NCBI GenBank assembly: GCA_965637545.1
Contig: OZ281501.1
Coordinates: 8,308,001 to 8,372,000 of the forward strand
Direction of reading: 5' to 3'
DNA length: 64,000 bases
Origin: Phallusia mammillata
Lineage: Eukaryota
Shown here in pieces: positions 14,685 through 60,310 of the stretch (position 1 is its first letter; each line of letters begins with the position of its first letter). The translations under genes were made by a program, and so were the position numbers. The notes beneath the pieces are model-generated. The model saw nothing but the letters and a program-made list of their open reading frames with translations. It was not told the origin of the DNA and searched no databases.

Positions 14685-15228
14685 CAGTGGTTCTTAACCT
14701 TTTTGGTGTGGTTTCCCACTAAAGTAAATCACCAAGTTCGAATTTCCCACTCTGTTATTTTTATAATGATGTTTTGTGCCCAACATTAACAAAAAATGAT
14801 TCTTTAATCAAAAAAAATTATGTGAAGCGATTTGGTCGGGACCTTAAAGGTATACTGCAATCTTATTTAGTGATTTCGTGGGTAAGTAAATTGTGTGGAA
14901 TTTTGAAAAATCTCATGTGCTTGCAATAGTCATTTATCGCATCACAATCAACAGACCAAATGCATTTATTCGCGAACAATAACAAAGTCATTGATGCTTT
15001 TAGTAATGTCTGTGACGTAACAAACGATTTTTGGATTTTTATGTGCCTTGTAAAAATAGGTAAAGTTAATCTTACATGTTGTTGCGGAAAGTATTGTATT
15101 AAATTAACTTTCAATGGTTGATTTCAACCCACGGGCCCGAGTTTGTTGACTTCTGACTCACATAATTTCCCTCTAAAAACAGTAAATTTCCCACTAGTGG
15201 GAAATTTCCCACCGGTTAAGAACCACTG
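14685..15228. mobile_element. hAT (Buster-type) MITE
   Basis: Perfect TIR CAGTGGTTCTTAACC at both ends; perfect 8-bp TSD ACTTACAC; subterminal TTTCCCAC repeats. Confidence 0.93.
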
Positions 15229-16736
15229 ACTTACACCATAAAGTTTACACAACCAACAACTTCTCTATTTCAAACAATATATAATGACTCCAGCTGTATA
15301 AAACAAGCGGCACAAATGTAATACGCAATACATGTAGTTGTTTTAACAGACCTCAGACAGCCCGTGCGCTGCTAAGTTTTGATAATCATAAGCATGTGAT
15401 ACTGTTGCATCACCAGCCTTATAATACAACACATTAAACTGGCAGGTGTATATATTGTATTTAAAAACGTTCTCATTTTGAAGATTTTTTTTTCAATGGC
15501 AAACCAGTAACACGTTTCTGCAATAGGGAATCACTTCATTTTTTTTTTTGAGAAAATTTTTTTGACAAATTTTTTTGAGAAAATTTTGTGAAACATACTT
15601 GACGTTGGAGTTGCAGTTTTTATTGTTGGTCGATCCCTGGCCTTCCAGTGTTCGTCTGTTTACGTTGATTTCAGCCCTCTTTCGTAACTATGGTGATGTT
15701 TTGTGTTGTTGCAATATACATTTTATAAATATCTTTCGAGCAAATTGTGGTGTCATGTAAACTGGTCAGAACTAATCAGACAGCTGTGGAATATATTTCC
15801 CTTAAATCCGCATTTCTAACGTTCGCCACGATGTGGTTAGGTCAAGAAGCAAACAAGTCAAAGTTAATGAAGGAACCAACGGGCCTGGGAAGAGACAGGC
15901 AGTTTGATGGAGGAATGGAAAATTAGAAGTTCAAAAACATCATCAGTTTCCGAGAATTGCAGATGTAAAAAGTTCCTAAATAAACCTCAAAAGATCATTA
16001 GTCCACTACACGTACAAAACAGCAAAATCACGTCTTCTAATTAATTATATTTTGGTCGGTTACAACGAAAAAAAAACAATGAAACGATGGCAAAATACAA
16101 AGCAGTAAAGAAATAAGATCAGGCAGTTCACAGTTTGGCAGCAAATACAGCAAAGGTAAAATAACGAAAAAAACATTTATATGTATGTGCATGAAATAAC
16201 GAAAGCACTATCAAAAATCAATACAAAGCAGCTATAATAGTCCGAAAGTACGATTTTTTGGTTTGGGCAGAAATGCCCTAATATGGTGTTATCTTCTGTG
16301 ACCAAAACTTACAACGAAAATGTACATTTTTTTGCAAATCATCACGGTAAAATGCACTGTCACGATTAAAAACATTATGAAAGCAGCAAAAAATGTAATC
16401 TAAAAGCCCTAAGGTAAGGAGAAAATGAATTTGAAGAGGAATATGACGTCACAGTCACGAGGTTTGTGTTATGCAACGACGAATTTGCGGTATGTTGCAA
16501 ATTGCTGCGTAACGACCAGATGCGCATGTCGATCTATAAAAACTAACAGCTAAAACCGGTGCTTTTCACGTGACAAAAATAGAAACTTTACCAACGACGC
16601 AAATACGGTGATTTTTCCCGAAAACCTGCAAACACCAAATCTTCACACGAAGTGCTATTTCCTCCTAGGTAAGCAAAGCTTGCGAATTCCTTTACGTATA
16701 TGATCTCGGTGATGTCACAAACGACCATTATTGACG

Positions 16737-48485
<31,749 letters not shown>

Positions 48486-50069
48486 ATTTATTCATTGCAA
48501 TATTGGGTCTGTAGCAACAATTTAGAAAAGGTGTAAATCCGTTGATTTCGGAGGCGACAAAAAACCTAACGGGGCGTCAGCGACCACGTGTCTTTTCCTC
48601 AATTAAAAACGCGCCAAATTTCATCTATGTTATGTTTATGCTGTATTCCTGACCAAGTAATAGATAGTATCGCTACAATGCTTCTAATTTAGTACAAATT
48701 TTAAAATGTTATATATATATATAAACAAGACAACTTTCATCGTCGACACGCCCTTCTTGCCATATTGACTAACTTGTCTAGGTTATAATCAAGACACACA
48801 AACGCTTTCACATGTAACTGAATAACGGGGCAGATTAGCTCTTCAGTTTTAGGGGTACTTAAGTGCATTTAAAACGTCAATTTTAACACTAAAAAAGCGA
48901 ACCATTACCACCCGGCGGACACAAACGGTAAATAATAATACTAAACGATGGCGCCAAAATCCCCTAACGTTGGTTAATTTGTACCTACAAACATAACTTT
49001 GGCAAGCAATCTATGCTACAAATCTCCAAAAGTGTCTGCTAAATGTTTTCCACAGTTCTGTCAGACGTTAAACATAGTTCGGTGTTTAAACACGTTCAAT
49101 TGCTTTTTAACTGTGACGTATTTTAAAGCGACATTTAGCCACATCATGTTTGACTGTTGCGAATCCGAACGCCCGGATATGAGTTAAAACACCTTGAATA
49201 ACCACAAAACTCATTGATGGTTTTAATTTTGAAATATACGTAATAAATTTGTTTAAAAGATTGTTTTGATGCGTGGATGCTGCACATTTTTTATTTTTGT
49301 CATTGTTTTTCTTTTGCCTTTTGCGCCAAAGTTTGTTTAATTTGCTGTCTTAAACAATTTCTTGAAAGACTTGTCTTTTTATTGGTATACAAGACATTTT
49401 TCGTCGCTTTAATCCTACAGCACAAAAACTGAAAACCTTTTTTACATACAAAAGTAATAAGCGTTTTTGAGAGAAAAAGGAAAAACTTCTCCCAGGTTGA
49501 AAACCGGCCGCATAGTGTGTATTGCAGATTGTTGCAAGTTCTTCGATCAAAACTTTCGTACCAGCACAGTATGCTTTGTTTGTCTACAAAGATATTTTTA
49601 ACACACCACGTCATCGCGTTGAGGTACCGCCGATAAATCGAAATAAAATTGGACATTCTTTTACCAAAACAAGATTTGTTTGTATCAGACAGACGTCAAT
49701 AACCAATAAATCCTACACGCCGACGATGTGATTGGACACTCTTTAATCGATTCAACAGGTGCACATAAAATGCCGACCCTGAGTCATGCTAAATAGATGT
49801 ACAACTGACAATGTGATTTTAGTAGTATGTCTGTTGTTGCGTCCTATTAACGCTAAAGCCCGCCGTGTTCTACAAACTCAAGGAGTACTATAAAGGCAAC
49901 CGGCATTGCAGCTAGGGTTAAGATTTATAGCAGACACGCTGCATGGTTGTTGAAGTGAGCAATATCGTTGGGAAGTTTATGTTGGGCAATAATCATACGA
50001 CTCATTGTCTGGCGAGTATTGAACTATTAGTTTTGTCTGATGGAACGTCTGGACTTTGATTTATGGATA

Positions 50070-50181
50070 TTGGTCTTTCGTTGGGGATATATAAGGCGAG
50101 GAAGTTCATGTTCACATCACAGTATCGGTTCAGTCGCTTAACAGACAGTAACCAGATGCAAAGAAAAGGTTGGGAAAATAG
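50070..50181 (+). promoter_or_regulatory. Candidate TATA promoter and non-coding first exon of the Ly6-CCP-vWA gene
   Basis: ATTGG near 50069, TATATAA at 50088-50094, pyrimidine-CA about 30 nt downstream, donor AG|GTACGT after 50181, and an acceptor TTTTTAG at 50930, 30 nt before the ATG. Confidence 0.35.
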
Positions 50182-50960
50182 GTACGTTGGAAATAAGTTC
50201 AAACGTACAATAGGCGTAATATTTACTATACGTTTTTAGTTAGTACTACTAAACGGTTGAAATGTGTTAAGACAGCAATGCGATGGTGGAATTAGGCCAA
50301 CATATTTTCTAAAATTATTTTAAACGATTAATTACATAAAGTATCGTTAGATAATTTTGTTGTCTTTGAACGATATAATTATGTTCGTTAAATCGAAAAA
50401 AATCTAAAATTAGTAAAAGTTAGGAATTTTAATGTAATTTAAAAATCATCCTATCGTTTTGACAAATAAGCGTAATGGGTGGGCATATGTTTTTGCGCTA
50501 TTAGGGATTTTATTACAGATACTACATTAGCTCGTTGAAAAACTTGTATTACAGTTAACGACCGCTTTACAAACCAACTGTTTGCAAACATAACAATCGC
50601 ATGTGTGTTTACTTGTCGTGAACACGATAGGAAAAATATCGTAGCAAATTTGCGGGTAACTACTGTTTACATCAGGGTCACAAGGCAGGTGCTCGTTTGC
50701 AAGGTAACTGTGGTAACTGTGACGTCACAGACGTGGTGTGCACCAGACAGTCACATTGTCTTAGGGAGCGTGTAATTTCAACAGTTCTGTGCCGAGACGA
50801 ACGTATTTAATGTAACGTCGCGGGCTGCTCAAGTCACTCGCTTAGAAGGTTGCGCCGATTAGGAGTCAAATGCAAATCGACTGACGGTGGTTGTACGTTG
50901 CCTATGTAGTCCACAATAGGAAGTTTTTAGGTAGAAAACGTAAAACTGTTCAAAACTGCA

Positions 50961-53900
50961 ATGGATTTGAAAATTGTATTCCTGGCGTCTTTGACGATCT
51001 GGATGATAACTACCTTAGCAACAGGTTTGTAAACAACATAGAAATTGTATAAAAACGTTTATGTATATACAAACGGTGTTATTCTTTAATACTTTTTTTT
51101 TCAAACGGTGTTTAGTTTGTATGATTGCTTTTCACATTTCCTTAACTCGTATCGTTAGTGTGAAGTAACCGTCAAGTATAACAATGATTTGATTGTTCGT
51201 TGCATTTTTGTAATATTTACGTAACCCTTTTTTGAATCGTTTTTGTTTCGTAGCCCGAGTTTGCTATGAATGCATCAACGCTGGTTCAGATGAAGAATGT
51301 ATGCTGGATGGAACCATTAAAACTTGCAAAGACAACCAGGTAAAATCATAAGCATTTTGTTTATTTCATAGAACAACATTTCTCAATTTACCCAAACGAT
51401 TGTTGCTTGATTAACATGATAAAACTAAAAACAAGCTTTTTCAAAAAGAAGCTGTTTACAGTTTCAACAAAAGCTTTGCCTAAATTTGACAAACGAAATT
51501 GCTATCACGGTTTCAAAGCCAAACTTCGTTTGTAACATGAGTAGTTTTGAAATACTCGGAATCGATGTTTTGTTTTTACCAGGAAACCTGCGAGACTGTC
51601 GTGAGATACAAGAACCGTCAAATTATGATTACTAAGCTGTGCAAGCAGAAGAAAGCATGTCTGAACAACTTGTTGCAGGTATATTTTTTTAATTTAGTTG
51701 TAAATGTATACACAATCGCATTTGTTTGTTAGGAAACTTAACGGTTTATGGTCGTTACTTAATAATGTAACATAGAAGTCGATTAGGCAAAGTCTTTTCA
51801 CCTTTTAATACTTACTACACTTTTAAATACTTGGGTTCTCTTTTTCCTGTGACATGATTTCAACATTTTGTTTACGTCATCTGTCATTGTGATGTAACAA
51901 AACCCTATGGGCGCTTTCGAATTTGTTTGTAAACATCTTGACACCGCTTGTTTCTTACTTTTGCAGAACCCCGCAGTTTGCAATCCCAAGCACCCCAACG
52001 CATTCTGCTACTGTTGTTGTCATGACGACATGTGTAACGACAATTCTGATCAATGCTGGTTGTCAGAGCAACCCGAGATTGTGCCGGTAGAAAAACCCAT
52101 TTTATTGGATACCATGCCAACCCAAAGTAAGGCATTTTCTCTGCTATGTTTGACAAATACGAAAAGTGAATTTGTAGCCAGTGTAAAATGTGAATTAAGT
52201 ACGGCGCCCTTGAATTGAAAATTACTGCAATAATTTTAACAAACACCCAAAAAATTCTGATGCCATCTTGAACAACGCTATTAAAAGATTAAATCGACTG
52301 CATATTTTTAAACTTTTAAGTTGTACTTAAAAAGCAAACAAAATTATTTCTTTACAGCCAAATGCGGTCAGATGGAAGATTCGAGCATAGAGTTTCCAGA
52401 AATGATTTGCACCAACGGTGAAAGTCCAGGATCAGTTTGTGCAATTAACCATGCCGAAAAGATACCCATGGAGCCTCCTGTGAGACGCCGATGTGTGAAA
52501 CAACCTGATGGAATGTATTTGTGGCAAGATGTAGAACTTGCAGAACTTGAAAGCGAAGGTACAGAACCCAAACTCATTTACGCTCTGAATCTATATCAAA
52601 CCTACAAATATAATAACTTATAAGCTAAAAACATATTTTTTTATTAATACTTATAATCTTAAGACTGCATTCTTAAACTAACATAAACACTAAAATTTAA
52701 TCTCACGTTAAGTACGTTTAAGTTATAACCTCATGAAAGAAATTAGAGTCATAATAGTAACACTGCTTTTATTGTTTATCACGAAGGATTTGTGTGCCCG
52801 GAAATTTACGAGCCGACAGAGAACAGCGTCGTCACGTGTTCAGACGGAAATAGCCTCGGATCCCGGTGCTTATTCGAGTGTGACGAAGGATATGTAGTGG
52901 ATTCAGGCAGTCCAATGCTGATCTTGACTCCCGGACAATCCCTCAGCGTGTGCGAGTCAAGTGGCGAAGGGGGACTTATTCTTAAATGGTCTGGGGAAGC
53001 ACCTATTTGCAAACGTAAGTCCTTTAAATTTGTCTTGCATAGAGCAGAACAAATGGGGGAAAGGTTTCAGTTCAAAATATTGTACGGAAAGCGGTAACTT
53101 ACCTAATGCGAAGAAATACCAAACATGGATTGGCTTTTTTGTGACCCAAAATGTTAAAGTGTAGTTTTAAAGAAGGATTTTCGAAGTTTGTCTTCTTGTT
53201 ATGTAAGTTACCTTTTGTTTTGCAAAGTTTCGAAGTATATGACTAGGTTAATCCCAATAGCTTTATCAAGAAACGTTAATATTTGTAAAAGTTCCTCCAA
53301 AAATTTTGAAAGTTTGAATTATTTTGTTTTATCATTACAACGTTCAAATAGTCGACCGAGATTTGAAAATACGTTTATGTGAAGCTTGTCGTGCATTAAT
53401 TTCTCAATTAAACATTAAAGAGCCGACTTTTTTAAACACAAAAGAGTATGAGATGTAACAGATTAAATTGACCGCGTAATCAAGCTGTTACGCCTAAGAA
53501 ACTGAAAATGAACTCAAATGACCCACCGAAATCTTGCGGTCGCTTGTCAGGCAATTACCAGTCTACAGTTGTGATCCAACCTTGTTATTATGGCTCAAAG
53601 TTGTTTTCGGCTATTTGATCTATTATATCCTAACACTTAAGCAAAGAGCCAAGGATAATTTGTAAGGTAAATCAACAGAAATTTGACACCAATGATCCGG
53701 CTCGTGTGCTCACGTTGTGCTACATTAGAAATGCGTCGTTAACTCGCGAGCGCTAAGTCTCAATGCGCGACATCTAAATGAAACGTTTCACATACTGCTC
53801 CACAATGAAATGTTTACCAAAATGCGAAGTGCATCTAGGATTCTGGTGTCAAGTAGTTTCTGGTTAGTCTAAAACCAATAAGCCATAAATACATGAACTG

Positions 53901-56900
53901 AGGTCAAGTTTTAATGCTATTTTATTATAACCCACACTTTATGGGGCGTCTTTTTTAATTTTTATTGTAAAATGCATTTTGAGTGTTTTTGCCATTCTAT
54001 AAATGTGTTTTAAATCCGTTCATAATGTAAAATTCGCCATATCACACGAACCTATACAATATTATTTGAACTTTCGAAACCTTACATGGTTCATTATGGC
54101 GTCATAATTGCTGAACTGACCCAGAGAGCCAGGGGTCAAGATCGGACGGTGTCTTGCGTGCGAGGTTTGTCGCCGGTTCAAGCGCATACTGCGATGAAGT
54201 TTTCGTAAACACGCGACAATCAAAATCTTTATTTGATCTGCGTGACTGTTGTGTGAAAAACATGATTATGAAGTTAAAAACATTGTTTGCTCTACAGCAC
54301 TCAATTATTGCTCAGCATAGGTGTGCGCAAGCAAAGATTATATCAATACATGTGTAACGCGCTACCACAATATTGATTAGGACCAAATAATAAAAACAAC
54401 ATTAACAAAAGTTCATTTTCCATGACAGCAATCATGTGTGACGCACCCCCAATGTCGGAGGACGACGTCATCAGCCGTTGGTGTAGTGATGGCAACCGAC
54501 TTGGCAGTAGTTGTGTCTCAATGTGTCCCCCTGGTTTTGGTGTGACCCCCACCGAGAGTTCAACTGTCACGTGTTTCGATGAAGACGGCGATGGAGTTGC
54601 ACAATGGGATCGGGAATTTCCGCGCTGTGAACGTAAGTGAATTGATAAATAGTAAAACTGCAGATGCATTGTTTAACATTGGATTTTTGCGTTGGTACGT
54701 ACATTATTCCCATGCTAAATTTTCAAAAATTGCAGCCTTGTCTTGTGACCCTTTCACCGTTCCCGATGCCATTGTGACGTGCAGCGAAAACTTCGAAGTC
54801 AACTCGACCTGTGAGGTCACGTGCCGTGACGATAGTCACGTGTTGTTCCCGTCAACTTTTGACGAAGTCACTTGTCGCGTCAACCAGACATGGAGCAGCG
54901 AACCGCCATGCTGCAGAAGTAAGACATCTTTCTGAGTAAACTAACTGTTTTGATTTTGTCCTATGTTGAAAAAGATTTTTATTGGCTCATGAGAGCATGT
55001 GTAACTGGTGTACTAATTGTTATTCCCGTTGTATTACACTTGACAATTCAATTGCAACTATTTACATCTTATTTTTGTCAAATTTGCTTGTGTAAAACAC
55101 TAACAAATCTTAGAGACAATTAGTTTAGTTGAGATTATACTGAAAAACTATCATTGACATCCAAACGTTGGCAAACAAAAAAATTATATTTGCAGAACCT
55201 TGCCCACCCCATGCACCAATGGACATGGTCATTGCAATGGATTCATCAAGCAGCATCACATCACGATCCTGGTTCAAGATGAGAGCATTCGTCAAAAGAC
55301 TCGTAAAGTGAGTTATTCTACAACTATCATAGAAAACAAGACCCACTTGAGCCAAATGGACAAGTAGAATTGAATAGACAAGTTGATACAATTCAACTAT
55401 TTAATTTAAGATTGTTGGATATCGACACACACAAGTTCCTTCAATTTTAAAACCGTTTTTTCAGTGTTATTAAGTATTTTAAATCATCACCCAGCCAATT
55501 TATCAATCACTTAGGTGAAAACTGTTGAATTACCCTGAATTTAACAGATTAGTAACCACTGATCAGCAATTACTGAATACTCAACTGTCAAATTTTGCGT
55601 GAGAAACAATAACCTGGCCTTTAAAACAATCTAAAACTGATTGTAATAATACATAAACCGTACAGCGGGGTCACAAGTTTTAAACCAAACATGAATCCGT
55701 TCCGCTTTAATGAACCTCTATCACGTGATAAATCGCTTCTCAGCGCCAGGAGTCAAAACGTCAGATATTTTTGCTTTTTTACAACTGTGCGTTGGTTGGC
55801 GAACCTCCGGGCCGAGTTATATTAATCGCCACCCGTCAATGCAATTAGGTGAAGCTATGGGATTAATTAGGCTCGCAAAAACAAGGCTTACACGTTGCTT
55901 GCTTACCAGGTTACATCACGGTTTGCTCATGCACCGTGTTATTTAGTACATTAGCTCAGGCAGGTTTTGTTTTTATCCATGTACTTTTACAAGATACCAA
56001 AAAGCATCAACAAAATGCTCATTTAGAAACGTAATTTTTTACCCTACAAGTAGGGCCAGTCACCAAAACATAAATTGTTTTCGACTCGTGTTGTGCTATG
56101 TACGCACAGATCTTTGTACATTACGTTCCGCTTCTCAACTTTGTAAAAACTAAAATATAAGCCAACCCCATCAAAAAGAAATCGAATTTCTTAAAGTTGG
56201 GCAAAACACAGTGACTTGCATGTCAAATGTATGCGTTGATGTAATTTATCAATTTGATCTTATGTTTAGATACTTCTTCATTGGACCAGAATCGACTAAC
56301 TTCGCTATATTCCGTTACAACAACAAACCTGACGAAGATAGTCAAATCCAGTTGGATAATGGAAACGACCAAACAAGCATGGAGAGTGCAATTGACCGCA
56401 TTCCACATGACGGCAAAGGTAACAAACAAAATTTGTACCAAGATAAAATCCCAACAAAATGTCGACCAATTACAAAAAGAGATACAATCTAACAATGCAT
56501 TAACAAAGATATTAAAGATTTGAACTTACGACTTTGTGTTTTTTATATCTGAGTGGGGATTAAAAATTGCCTAAATTGTAAATAACAACCAACTTTTTAC
56601 CTTGACAGGAACCTGGACTGGATTGGCTTTGCACTTTGCAGCCGATGTCGCTTTTCATCCATCTAACGGGCAGCGAAATAACACTCCAGACATAATGCTC
56701 GTTATCACCGACGGCCAGAACCACAGATTTGACGACAATGTACCTGATGCAGTCAAGAAACTTCAAGCTATGGACGTTACGGTAAAATTTATAACATTTG
56801 TTTACTACAGTGGTAATGGTAAATTGTTAATCAATTGTTTTTTTGTAAAGGTTTTGGTTGTGGCTGTTGAACCTGAAAAACTTGGAGCAACATTCAAATT

Positions 56901-57424
56901 CGATCATCTGGTGAATGTTGCAGGCGGCATCGAACGCAACGTAAGTGTATTTAAGCTTTTGTCACAACTATGTATAAGCCTACTTTATCACTCCTGTTCG
57001 GAGCCTGTAAATATGTCTAGATATCGGGATTTGCTTTTTCGGTAGCCTTGACGAACAAATGTTGATGATATAAGACGTAGTAACGAAGTTAATGTTAAAG
57101 AGGAATGCAAGTTTGCAAAAAAAAACATTTGTTAATTAAGAGCAAACTTTAGATGAGGCCAATAGTTTTTAGACAACCACAGTTTTTAAACTCCCAATAA
57201 TTATTGCGAATCGTGTGTTAGTCCAAAACTACAGTTGATAACATAAACTGATTAACTTGAATTTTTGCCATGTACTTTACCTGCATGTGCAGTTCGGATC
57301 TTTCATAAACTATCATTTTTTGCAGGTGTTTTTGCCTGTCGGTGGAAGTTTGGACGTCATCGATGACATACGTCGTGTCGTCATAGAAAAAGTGTGCGAC
57401 AACATCTGCGATCTGAATCTATGA
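50961..57424 (+). CDS. Secreted protein: signal peptide, Ly6/uPAR (three-finger) domain, 4 CCP/sushi, vWA with intact MIDAS
   Basis: 13 phase-consistent exons: 50961-51024, 51254-51339, 51583-51678, 51967-52126, 52358-52558, 52787-53014, 54429-54632, 54736-54918, 55196-55307, 56270-56418, 56609-56781, 56851-56940, 57326-57424 (1845 nt, 614 aa). Motifs: CYEC...CCHDDMCN; CCP pattern C..CSxGxxxGSxCxFxC..C..W..C; vWA DMVIAMDSSSS, GTWTG, MLVITDG. No TM or protease domain. Confidence 0.88.
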
Positions 57425-59245
57425 GATTATCAAGCAGTAACCATCAAATATGTTTTAATGTTCCGTTAAATGCTGTGACGTATAGCCTTATTTGCATGCA
57501 TTTGAGCGCTGTTATGGGTAGACGTGTTATGACCACTAGAGGTGCTCGACTTTTCCTTTGAAACTAGTTTACTTTTTGGTGTATCATTTGTACAAAACAC
57601 AGTATTATCTTTTGAACCCGTACATACGATTTGATTATTTTTTTCAATTTATTGTTTCACTTGTCATACATGATGTATATTAATTTCGATTTTCTCTTAC
57701 ATCCACTCATCAATTTAAAGTGCATGCTTTTTTCTGTGTCCTTTTTTGCATGAATTTGCCCGTTGTGTTCCACACGACACATTTTGAATGTCGCAATTTT
57801 GTGTTTCGGAACTGCTGCGTTTAATTGAAAATATATAGTGTTTATGGTTGTAATTCCGCTTTGTGTGATGCAAGATATAATGTTTTGCTCGATTTTAAGT
57901 TGTTCGAGGTTTACAAATTTTAAGTTATATTCCCAAGGAGGCGTCTCAGTCACCTTAAACAAAAATGTAGAGGCATAGGTTTTTGAAACAATTGCGAATC
58001 TTGTTTTGGTGATATAGCCTACAAGCATTTTCTTAACAATTGACATTGATACAATAGTAAGTTTTTTGGTCAGCAGTTTGCAGGACTAGAAATGAAATTA
58101 CAGTTGTAATAACAAAAACACTACCGAACCAAAGTAGTGAATTGAAACCAACAATTGATTTTAGCATTGCCATGAAAGGAAACAAATAGCTGTAGGTTAG
58201 TTTCACTAAAATATGTTACTATTTAAAATCTAAGCACTACATACCCTAATAAATCACAAACATCCATGACACAATAATTTTCACCATTTTTTACAAAGCT
58301 TTCTTTATTCACCACAACCCTGATCAGTAAAACAATAGATGTTTGCAACAAGAGAAAATTAAAATTGAGTTTAATTTGAAAATTGTTATGACAAACCAGA
58401 TGGAGACTTTAAAATATGTTCCTTATTGCAAGTACAACAACATCAGCTTGACACAATTTAAAAAAAAACCTACCCAAAATTTTGTACAGGCTTACGCGAG
58501 AATAGAGGAAAGTTTGCTAGCAAGCAGGGCATATTATAATAGAAAGATCCTACTATTGCACTACAGTTTGAAGTCACAGGAAAACATACACAAAACATAG
58601 AAAGGAAAAAATACATTGCAAAGATGGGGAGCAAGGGATTTTACACATTTGCCTGGATGAAACTTACACGTTTTTTATGAAAATCTAAACATGTGTAGCA
58701 GTTTGTGTCCTAAATGTGACTTTCAAGCAAAAAATGATAATATAAACACAACGCCTATCATCAGGTGGGTAAAAAGCTTTAAAAACAGGCTTTAAACTGT
58801 TTTGATAAGTTCAACAAAATAGTGCATAACATTGGTGCAAAATCAAATGACTTTATGGGGCAATTGAACTTACTTAAAACTTTATACCAAGTGGCAAGGC
58901 TTCAATAAAAAAGGAGACAAACTATGGTAAACCTTAAACGCACATTTCTTGGTTAGATAAAACAGTTTGTTGCCTGTCCAAACACACAAAAATGAAACAA
59001 ACAAAAAAAGTGCGAAGTACATATATTAGTACGCATGAATATTTTGCAGGTAAAAAAGTCTGGACCGCACTTATAACAATACAGTAGATAAGGACTGTTT
59101 CAATAAAATAATTTTGATACAAACCAAGGTCAGAATATTTCTGTAATTTAACAAAGCTTCAAGAATTAAGTTCACAAAAATACTTTTCCTTGCTTCAAAC
59201 TAAAATTTTGCTTATTTTTGAAAAACTCACATATATGCCTTATAT

Positions 59246-59575
59246 CAGGGGTTCTTAACCAGGGGTACGTGTACCCCTTGGGGGTACGAAGCACCAAAGC
59301 AGGGGGTACGACATGCAGTGTGAAATTGTATACTATTTAGGCATATTTGTGAAGAACGCGTAACAAGTTACTTTGTTATATGTCTTTGACTGATTGTTGG
59401 TGTGCTGTAAATATTGTTGAACTTACAAGACTTATAACTTATAAATACACTGAGTTTAATTCCTATTATTACAATTTTATTTACTTTCGTTGGCCATTGT
59501 AGACCATTGTAGGGGTACGAGAAAATTTCATGAAAGCTCAAAGGGTACGAGCGCTAAAAAGGTTAAGAAACACTG
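59246..59575. mobile_element. hAT (Buster-type) MITE
   Basis: CAGGGGTTCTTAACC / GGTTAAGAAACACTG; perfect TSD CCTTATAT; GGGGTACG subterminal repeats. Confidence 0.93.
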
Positions 59576-60310
59576 CCTTATATGACAGTAAGCATAGAAA
59601 AATATTGCTTCAGTAAAATGACAATAAATTATACAGTATTACACATAGTCAATATCATGTAAAACGACCCACCACATTTTTACACCAAGTCAAAATTTAG
59701 GCATATCTGCCCTTAGCCCACCTTGTGTATGTTACAGACACCAACATCAATCCACAGAAGGCTAAACAATGTAGATGGAAGTCTGCTAGCTAATCAATTG
59801 AATTAAATATGACTAATGCAATTTTATGCAGTTTTGTGAACAGTGGTACTGTTTATGATAGCTTTGCCAAGACTAGGTTTCCAGCCAACTTTGAGCCAAA
59901 AAAATGACTATTTTTTCTATTACAAGTGCAAAACTGTCTTTAATTGAATAATTTATTTGTGTCTGTACTCTGTAAATAAGATTTTCAAATTTTAAACTTA
60001 GAGGATTTAAAATACCCGGATATACTTTACTGTACATGACCACAGGATGCCCAACAGTGCTGAGAAACCTGGGTTTGGCTAAGGAGAAAAGGGTTTCGTT
60101 ACCACACATAAAAATTAAAACATATAAAACGTTCAAAATTCAGTCAGGTTACCTAATACTAAAAAGGTGAGGTTTAAGTTTTTACCTATCCAAGCATAAT
60201 TAAAAATTCGAAACCTTTTTAAAGATTTCACCATCACTATTTGTGGACTTTCTCTTGCCCACTGACAAACAAGTATTTTGGATGAAGCCTACCACCACCG
60301 AGTTACCTAT

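Noticed and set aside
50961-57424. Complement factor B/C2 ortholog
   Set aside because: A stop codon follows the vWA domain, no trypsin-like exons are seen before the convergent QSOX 3' end, and the N-terminus is a Ly6 domain.
57657-58046. 129-aa ORF downstream of QSOX
   Set aside because: AT-rich, UTR-like region between convergent genes, with no motif or splice support.
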